Notes under the pieces: model-generated | Database searches by the model: none | Told to the model about the DNA's origin: nothing | The model's input: the letters and a program-made list of their open reading frames with translations, nothing else | DNA from: Nitrospiria bacterium | GTDB taxonomy: Bacteria > Nitrospirota > UBA9217 | Length of the DNA: 64,000 bases | Reading direction: 5' to 3' | NCBI GenBank assembly: GCA_919901555.1 | Contig: CAKKPG010000055.1 | Location: 278 to 64,277 of the forward strand | Made by a program: the position numbers and the translations under genes | In this document: positions 16,462 through 22,857 of the stretch, piece by piece | Position numbering within the stretch: the first letter of the stretch is position 1 | How the letters are laid out: each line of letters opens with the position of its first letter

Positions 16462-17304
16462 CTATTCCATGGCAATCCGGTTCGGCCAGGTATAGATGTT
16501 CATCCGGTCGCCGCGGGCAAAGCCGATGAGGGTGATCCCCATGTCCTCCGCATAGCTCACCGCCATGCACGACGGAGCAGCGCGGCTGATAAGAATGGGG
16601 AAGCGGTTCCTGCCCGCTTTGGTCATGATCTCCGAGGTGACCCTGCCGCTCGTGAGCAGGATCTTGTTTTCCACCGAAACCCCGTTCAAAAATGCCTTCC
16701 CGATGAGCTTGTCCACGGCATTGTGCCTGCCGATATCCTCGGAGAAAAAGAGTATCTCCTTGCCGTCGGAGAGCGCCGCGCTGTGAACGCCGCCGGTCTC
16801 AAGATAGAGCGAGGAGATGTTTCTGAAGGTCTTGAGCAGCCTCCTGATGTCGTCGAGCGACATCAGAGGCCCTTTCACTTCTATCCTCCGCTCATGCCCC
16901 ATCCGATAATTCGTAAACGTAATTCCACTGCCGCACCCGGAAGAGATGGTCCGCTTTTCGAACAGGGCGCTCCACTCCGGAGGAAGGCCTGAAAGCTCAA
17001 TCCTCACGGCCGCTTCTTTCTCGTCAACTTCCAGCCTTTGTATCGAAGATTTTTCCTGCAAGAGCCCTTCAGAGAGAAGGAATCCCACGACGAGCTCTTC
17101 CAGCTCCGAGGGTGTGCAAAGAAGGGTCACGAGCGGCTCGTTGTTCAGAATAAGCCTGATGGGGAGTTCCGAGGCGACTTCGTCGATAACGCCGTCAACG
17201 GTATTGCCCGCCACTTTCAGTATGAATGCTTCTCTCTTTGGTTCCACGGCAGGAATATACCATGCAGAGGGGCAGGGGTCAAGGGGCAGGGTGCAGAGAG
17301 TCAA
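16462..17304 (-). CDS. fdhD: Formate dehydrogenase accessory sulfurtransferase FdhD
   Basis: GGVHSAAL...EDIGRHNAVDKLIG...LLTSGRVTSEIMTKA...ISRAAPS...A...GITLIGFARG. Confidence 0.85.
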   Translation of the reverse strand: MTLCTLPLDPCPSAWYIPAVEPKREAFILKVAGNTVDGVIDEVASELPIRLILNNEPLVTLLCTPSELEELVVGFLLSEGLLQEKSSIQRLEVDEKEAAVRIELSGLPPEWSALFEKRTISSGCGSGITFTNYRMGHERRIEVKGPLMSLDDIRRLLKTFRNISSLYLETGGVHSAALSDGKEILFFSEDIGRHNAVDKLIGKAFLNGVSVENKILLTSGRVTSEIMTKAGRNRFPILISRAAPSCMAVSYAEDMGITLIGFARGDRMNIYTWPNRIAME

Positions 17305-17368
17305 GTATTATAAAAAAAGGCCCCCGGACTGATTGCCGGAGGCCTTTGTTGTCAGCAGGACGGCGGAC

Positions 17369-18097
17369 TTAGAAGTGCAGGTTCAGCCTGAATGAATACA
17401 TGTTGATGGACGCAAAGTCGGCTTCGGCCACGATGTTTAACACCGGGAGGAGGCTGAGCTTCATGCCCACGAAGCCCTTGGTCTCGGTGATCTCTTCCTC
17501 TTGGAGTGGCACGGAAGAATCTGGTTCACTCGTGATCCGAACGAGACCGATGCCGGCGTAGGGGGTGAGCATGGCGAAGCCCTTGCTGATGGAGACGTCG
17601 AGGGACTTGGTGTCCAGGTCCAGCACGTCGACGCCTTCGAGCTTGGTGTAGGCCGCGCGCAAGGCCAGGGCAGGCGTGAGGGTGCTGCCCTTGAGGATGG
17701 CCCACTTGATCTCTCCGCCCGTGAGCTTGATGTCGCTATCAGGCACTTTCGAATATACAACACCGATATCAATCGGTACGACCGGCAGGCCGAGCTGCGC
17801 GTGGAGCTTGGGGAAGAGAAGCATGCTCGGAACACCGGTTGCCGCGTTCGTCCAGTACGCCGCATTATCCGAGATGTTCACCGAGGTCGCTTCAACACCC
17901 ACATCGAAATGGGGGAGGACTCCGCCGCCGAGCGGCTCTGCTGGCGCGAGAGGAATGTAGCTCAGCGCGAGGCCCAGTTCAGTGCTGAATTCTTTGAATT
18001 CGGTTTGGGACGTGCCGAGAAGGTCAATGTCGAGTTTCGCCATCGCCGGCACTGCGGTGAGCAATACAATCAGAACTGCCAAAACAAATTTTTTCAT
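17369..18097 (-). CDS. Outer-membrane beta-barrel protein
   Basis: Signal peptide MKKFVLAVLIVLLTAVPAMA. Alternating beta-strand pattern. C-terminal ...FRLNLHF. Confidence 0.75.
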   Translation of the reverse strand: MKKFVLAVLIVLLTAVPAMAKLDIDLLGTSQTEFKEFSTELGLALSYIPLAPAEPLGGGVLPHFDVGVEATSVNISDNAAYWTNAATGVPSMLLFPKLHAQLGLPVVPIDIGVVYSKVPDSDIKLTGGEIKWAILKGSTLTPALALRAAYTKLEGVDVLDLDTKSLDVSISKGFAMLTPYAGIGLVRITSEPDSSVPLQEEEITETKGFVGMKLSLLPVLNIVAEADFASINMYSFRLNLHF

Positions 18098-18240
18098 AGT
18101 TACCCTCCTTATTTTTGTCGGATGCCGGATTTGTCGTGATGAGGACCGGTAAAACCATCGATTGATTTCATTGAGTTAAAAGGTTATCAAACATGAGTTA
18201 GTTTGTCAAGGTAATATTCCCCCGGTCAACTATTTCAAAC

Positions 18241-18268
18241 TTGACAAAGATGGAATGTTTGATATAGT
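18241..18268 (+). promoter_or_regulatory. Sigma70-type promoter of the Rrf2 gene
   Basis: TTGACA (18241-18246), a 16-nt spacer, then TATAGT (18263-18268). The -10 hexamer ends 7 nt before ATG 18276. Confidence 0.5.
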
Positions 18269-18275
18269 TAGAGCC

Positions 18276-18683
18276 ATGCAAGTAACGCGAGAAGGTGATT
18301 ACGGGATACGGAGTGTCCTGTATCTCGCCCGCCAGCCCTTCAAAAAGATCAGTTTTGTCACCGAAATATCGGAAGATTACAAGATACCGAGAAGCTTCCT
18401 GGCCAAGATTCTCCAGAAACTGGTGAGGGCCAGGCTCGTCCGGTCGTACCGGGGCGTGAAAGGCGGTTTTTCCCTTGCCAAACAGGCCCGGGACATATGC
18501 GTGCTCGACGTGCTCGAGGCGATCGAGGGCAAGCTCTATCTCAATGTCTGCCTTATGGACAAAAAGAAGTGCGGCTTCTCCCGGCACTGCCCGACCCACG
18601 ATATGTGGATGACCGCCCAGGGCAAGGTCGTCGAAGTCCTCAAAAAAACAAATTTCGACGACTTGGCGCGGCAGAAGGGCTGA
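18276..18683 (+). CDS. Rrf2 family transcriptional regulator (IscR/NsrR-like, three-Cys cluster motif)
   Basis: MQVTREGDYGIRSVLYLA... wHTH. C-x7-C-x5-C (CLMDKKKCGFSRHC). The start was chosen to match the usual Rrf2 N-terminus. Confidence 0.85.
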   Translation: MQVTREGDYGIRSVLYLARQPFKKISFVTEISEDYKIPRSFLAKILQKLVRARLVRSYRGVKGGFSLAKQARDICVLDVLEAIEGKLYLNVCLMDKKKCGFSRHCPTHDMWMTAQGKVVEVLKKTNFDDLARQKG

Positions 18684-18815
18684 TATTCTCTCTCACATTC
18701 ATAACGAGGCGTAGTTACATCAGGTAACAGAGCCGGGCCAAACCCGGGTCGTGAAACTGTTTTCTGCGTCTTTAGTTTTCTGCAATAAAAAAAACTTACA
18801 ATCGAGGACAAGGCC

Positions 18816-20213
18816 ATGCCACAGGAAAACACGTATGACTACCGAGCGGTAAAAGGTTTTGCAATCTCATCGCTGTTCTGGGGCGTCGTGGGGCTGCTCA
18901 TCGGCATCCTGATCTCGCTCCAACTCGTCTATCCCCAGCTCAACTTCACCTCGTGGCTCACCTACGGCAGGCTGCGGCCGATCCATACGAACGCGCTCAT
19001 TTACGGATTCACGATCCCTGCGGCGTTCAGCCTCTTCTTCTACCTGGTGCAGCGCCTCGGCAGGGCGCCCCTCGCGTTCCCGGGCCTCGCGCAGGTGACG
19101 CTCTATGTCTTCAACATCGCCATCGTGCTTGCCGCGTTGTCGCTCTTTGCAGGCATGAACACGAGCAAGGAGTATTCCGAGCTTGAATGGCCCCTGGACA
19201 TCGGCGTCGTGGTCCTCTGGGTGATGTTCTCGATCAATATCATCGGTACCATCATGAAGCGCAGGGAAGAGCAGATGTACGTGTCGCTCTGGTTCATCCT
19301 CGCGACCGTGGTGGGCGTGGCCATCGTGTATATCGGGAACAACCTGGGGGTCCCCGTGTCGTGGTTCAAATCCTACTCGATTTATGCGGGAGCGAATGAC
19401 GCGAACGTCCAGTGGTGGTTCGGGCACAACGCCGTGGCATTCGTATTCACTACGCTGCCCCTCGCCGTATTTTACTACATTCTCCCGAAAGCCACGGGCG
19501 CGCCGCTTTACAGCCACCGTCTTTCCATCATCGGGTTCTGGTCCCTTGTTTTCGCGTACCTCTGGACCGGCGCCCATCACCTGGTCTACACGCCTCTCCC
19601 TGACTGGATCCAGACCGTTGCCATCGCTTTCAGCCTCTTCCTTATCGCTCCCTCGTGGGCTTCGGTGATCAACGGCTACGGGACCATGAACGGACAGTGG
19701 GAGCAGATGCGTTCCAATTATCTCGTCAAGTTCATCGTCATGGGCATCACGTTCTACGGTCTCCAGACGCTCCAGGGGCCGAGCCAGGCCGTGCGCGCCT
19801 TCAGCGCCCTCATCCACTATACGGACTGGGTGCCGGGCCATGTCCACATGGGGACCATGGGGTGGGTGACCATGACCATCTCTGCCGGGTTCTATTATAT
19901 GCTGCCCCGGATATACAAAACGGAACTCTACAGCGTGAAGCTTGCCGATCTCCACTTCTGGCTCGTGCTCGTTGGGCAGCTCATTTACTCGGTGACCATG
20001 TGGATCACGGGAATCAGGCAGGGCGCCATGTGGCAGGCCGTGAACCCCGACGGAAGCCTGGCGTATCCCAACTTTATCCAGACCCTCACGCCCAACTACC
20101 CCTTCTGGAACATGAGGGCGGCAGGCGGGGTCATCTTTTTCGCAGGGTTCCTGGTGTTTGTCTATAACATTGCGCAGACCATCAGACAGGCGCCCCAACG
20201 GAGGCCGTCATGA
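18816..20213 (+). CDS. ccoN: cbb3-type cytochrome c oxidase subunit I
   Basis: 12-TM haem-copper oxidase pattern. WWFGHNAVAF...YILPK...GAHHLVY...HYTDWVPGHVHMG. Confidence 0.9.
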   Translation: MPQENTYDYRAVKGFAISSLFWGVVGLLIGILISLQLVYPQLNFTSWLTYGRLRPIHTNALIYGFTIPAAFSLFFYLVQRLGRAPLAFPGLAQVTLYVFNIAIVLAALSLFAGMNTSKEYSELEWPLDIGVVVLWVMFSINIIGTIMKRREEQMYVSLWFILATVVGVAIVYIGNNLGVPVSWFKSYSIYAGANDANVQWWFGHNAVAFVFTTLPLAVFYYILPKATGAPLYSHRLSIIGFWSLVFAYLWTGAHHLVYTPLPDWIQTVAIAFSLFLIAPSWASVINGYGTMNGQWEQMRSNYLVKFIVMGITFYGLQTLQGPSQAVRAFSALIHYTDWVPGHVHMGTMGWVTMTISAGFYYMLPRIYKTELYSVKLADLHFWLVLVGQLIYSVTMWITGIRQGAMWQAVNPDGSLAYPNFIQTLTPNYPFWNMRAAGGVIFFAGFLVFVYNIAQTIRQAPQRRPS

Positions 20214-20782
20214 ACGTCGATAAAAGACCGGTCATCTTCATTATCCTTGCAACACTCTCGATCCTTGTGGGCACGCTGGCGACCACGTTCATCCCGCTCT
20301 TTGTGGGAACAACGACACCGTCCATAGCGAATGTGATTCCCTACAAGCCGCTTGAGCTGGAGGGAAGAGACATCTACATCCGCGAAGGATGCAACAACTG
20401 CCATACACAGACGGTGCGTCCGCTGCCGTTCGAGACCGCGCGGTACGGCAGTTACTCCATGCTTGAGGAATCCGCTATCGATCGGCCCCATCTCTGGGGA
20501 TCGAAGCGCACGGGACCGGATCTGGCGCACGTGGGCCGGAAGTACCCCGCAGTCTGGCACACCATGCACTTGAAAAACCCCCGGAGCATGTACCCGGACT
20601 CCAATATGCCCGCGTATCCGTGGCTCGCGGACAGAAATCTTGACACCCGTTATACCGAGAAGAAGATGAAGGTCCTGGGGTATCCTTATACTGCTGCTGA
20701 TATGAAGGCGCTGCAAGGTAAGACAGAGATGGACGCCCTCGTGGCGTATCTGCTCAGGCTGGGCAAGGAGCTGAGGCAATAG
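20210..20782 (+). CDS. ccoO: cbb3-type cytochrome c oxidase subunit II (monohaem)
   Basis: ATGA overlap with ccoN. N-terminal TM segment. CNNCH haem c site. DLAHVGRKYP. Confidence 0.9.
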   Translation: MNVDKRPVIFIILATLSILVGTLATTFIPLFVGTTTPSIANVIPYKPLELEGRDIYIREGCNNCHTQTVRPLPFETARYGSYSMLEESAIDRPHLWGSKRTGPDLAHVGRKYPAVWHTMHLKNPRSMYPDSNMPAYPWLADRNLDTRYTEKKMKVLGYPYTAADMKALQGKTEMDALVAYLLRLGKELRQ

Positions 20783-20783
20783 T

Positions 20784-20924
20784 ATGGCACTGAAACAATG
20801 GCTCTACTTGGGCTTCACCGCGCTTCTCGCCGTTGTTCTTGCAGGTATCATGGTGTATTATTTCAGAAGCAGGCGAAAGGAAAAGGTAGAATCGCCCAAG
20901 TACCGGATGATGGATGATGATTGA
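20784..20924 (+). CDS. ccoQ: cbb3 oxidase small subunit CcoQ/FixQ-like (46 aa, absent from the ORF track)
   Basis: MALKQWLYLGFTALLAVVLAGIMVYYFRSRRKEKVESPKYRMMDDD has a single TM segment and an acidic tail. It starts 2 nt after the ccoO stop. Confidence 0.6.
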   Translation: MALKQWLYLGFTALLAVVLAGIMVYYFRSRRKEKVESPKYRMMDDD

Positions 20925-20929
20925 ATATG

Positions 20930-20989
20930 GAGCGAGCCGACCATGTCGGCGTACATGACGGCAACGCGGTTGCCTTGGTCCAAAAATGG
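20930..20989 (+). repeat. 60-bp double-hairpin dispersed repeat, copy A (ccoQ-ccoP spacer)
   Basis: GAGCGAGCCGACCATGTCGGCGTACATGACGGCAACGCGGTTGCCTTGGTCCAAAAATGG. Hairpins are GCCGAC-cat-GTCGGC and GGCAAC-gcg-GTTGCC. Confidence 0.85.
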
Positions 20990-21012
20990 AGCGTAATACC
21001 AGGAGATGAGCG

Positions 21013-21498
21013 ATGGCTGAATTCGACGGCATACAAGAGCGTAAAGAGGGGAAGAAGAAAATTCCCCTCGGCATGGCGGTCCTGTTTATCGGTCTCGTTG
21101 TCTGCGCGCTGGTTTACCTGTACCTGTTTCTCCCGCAGACGACAGGATGGACACAGGCGGACCGTTACGAAAAACTGATCAAGACCCAAGAGGCCGCCTT
21201 GACGGAGCATGGAAAAGCAGACGTCCATGCTGAGTCGGAACATGAACAGATGGTGGCTGCGGAGCAGGGCAAAGAGGTTTATGCCGCCGAGTGTGCCGCG
21301 TGTCATGGAGAAAAACTTGAAGGCGTCGTCGGGCCCGCCCTGGGAGGACCGAAGTTCAAGTACGGTGCAGCGCTTGAGGACCATATCCGCGTTATAACAA
21401 AGGGCACGCAGAAGGGGATGCCGGGATTCGGGCAGCGGCTCGGAGCGGCAAAAATTCGCAACGTGGCATCCTACATCCACACCCGCCACAAGCACTAA
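21013..21498 (+). CDS. ccoP: cbb3 oxidase subunit III-like, short monohaem form
   Basis: FixP-type N-terminus (DGIQERKEGKKKIPLGMAVLF, one TM segment). One CAACH haem site plus KGMPGF. 161 aa. Confidence 0.7.
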   Translation: MAEFDGIQERKEGKKKIPLGMAVLFIGLVVCALVYLYLFLPQTTGWTQADRYEKLIKTQEAALTEHGKADVHAESEHEQMVAAEQGKEVYAAECAACHGEKLEGVVGPALGGPKFKYGAALEDHIRVITKGTQKGMPGFGQRLGAAKIRNVASYIHTRHKH

Positions 21499-21541
21499 AT
21501 CGAGCTTGCAAGAAACTATCCGAGGCATCCTGCTTCGGTCG

Positions 21542-21574
21542 GGTCAGGCACGATGCCTGACCTGTTTTATTTTT
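21542..21574 (+). terminator. Rho-independent terminator after ccoP
   Basis: GGTCAGGCA-cga-TGCCTGACC followed by TGTTTTATTTTT. Confidence 0.85.
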
Positions 21575-21600
21575 AAGGCAATGAAAACGGCAAACAGGGA

Positions 21601-22854
21601 ATGAAATTATTATCAACCTTCCGCGCAAAGCGCAGGCTCACGGCACGGATCCAGTCGGTTATTGTTCTCGGGTTGCCTTTTGTGCGAATAGACGGCGAGA
21701 GCGCCCTCCGGTTCGATGTCCCGTCGCTCAAACTGTATTTCTTCGGCTCCGTGATCTGGATCAGCGAGGCCTACTTCTTTCTCCTCGTCTCTCTTCTCTT
21801 TTTCATCGGGGTGATGCTCTTTACCATGCTCTATGGACGCATCTGGTGCGGGTGGGCCTGCCCCCAGACCGTTCTCTCCGATTTTTCCCGCAGGATCGCC
21901 GCCATGGCCCGGTGGCTGACCGGGCATCGGGCGCTCTCCATGGTTCTGACGCAGTTTTTTATTCTTGCCTTCTCCATCGTTGTTTCAGCCGGCCTGATCT
22001 GGTACTTCGTTTCGCCCTATGACATGGCAAAGGATATCTTCTCCCGGTCCCTCGGCCCGTGGACGCTCTGGTCATGGATATTCTTTGCCGCGCTTGCGTA
22101 TCTGAACCTCGCATTTGTTCGCCAGAAATTCTGTACCTCGGTATGCCCCTATGCGCGGTTCCAGAGCGCGTTTTTCGACCATAAGACGCTCACCATCGGC
22201 TTTGACGGCGACCGTTCGCATGAGTGCCGGGGATGCGAGGCCTGCGTTAAGGCCTGTCCAGCTGAGATCGATATCAGAAACGGCCTCCAGGTGGAGTGTA
22301 TCAACTGCGCCGAGTGCATTGACGCCTGCGCAGGGAGGATGAAACGCCTTCATAAGCGGGGGCTCATCGGGTATTTCTTCGGCCGCGTTGATCGGGATGT
22401 CAAGCAAACCGCTCGGCCGCGCGTTATCGGTCTGGCCGTCGCTTTTGCGGTCATCGCCGCGCTGTTCATCCATCAGATATACGTCAGGGTCCCCGTGGAC
22501 TTCCTGGTCATCCGCGACGAGAGCCGGCCTTACCATCAAACGGGTTTCAAAGGTGATATGCTCAATACGTACAGTCTCTTTGTGGAAAACAGGAGCCTTG
22601 AGCCGGAAGAGTATTTGCTGGGACTTTCCGGCGTGGAGGACGCGGAGCTGGTCATTCCCAGAAACCCTTTTACGCTTCCGCCTAATGCGATGGTGAAATT
22701 CACGATTTACGTATTCGCCCGAAGAAGCAGCCTCAGGGAACGCATCACCCGTCTGCAATTCACGCTGAAGAGCACCAGGTCTTCGGAAATACGGATCACG
22801 CGGGAGGCGCCGTTTTTGTATCCCGAGAGAACTGAAAAAGGGGTGGAGATCTGA
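21601..22854 (+). CDS. ccoG: cbb3 oxidase accessory 4Fe-4S protein CcoG/FixG
   Basis: CGWACPQT, CTSVCPY, CRGCEACVKACP and CINCAECIDAC, plus TM segments. Confidence 0.85.
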   Translation: MKLLSTFRAKRRLTARIQSVIVLGLPFVRIDGESALRFDVPSLKLYFFGSVIWISEAYFFLLVSLLFFIGVMLFTMLYGRIWCGWACPQTVLSDFSRRIAAMARWLTGHRALSMVLTQFFILAFSIVVSAGLIWYFVSPYDMAKDIFSRSLGPWTLWSWIFFAALAYLNLAFVRQKFCTSVCPYARFQSAFFDHKTLTIGFDGDRSHECRGCEACVKACPAEIDIRNGLQVECINCAECIDACAGRMKRLHKRGLIGYFFGRVDRDVKQTARPRVIGLAVAFAVIAALFIHQIYVRVPVDFLVIRDESRPYHQTGFKGDMLNTYSLFVENRSLEPEEYLLGLSGVEDAELVIPRNPFTLPPNAMVKFTIYVFARRSSLRERITRLQFTLKSTRSSEIRITREAPFLYPERTEKGVEI

Positions 22855-22857
22855 GCC

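Noticed and set aside
18867-20198. 443-aa ORF antisense to ccoN. Similar long antisense ORFs are 28755..30146 (RND), 38866..40527 (pyrG), 41448..42386 (uxs), 55823..56830 (pgpH) and 60917..62989 (lon).
   Set aside because: In GC-rich DNA long antisense frames are expected. All are R/G/D/H/E-rich low-complexity translations without an SD, and each lies opposite a gene with unmistakable family motifs.
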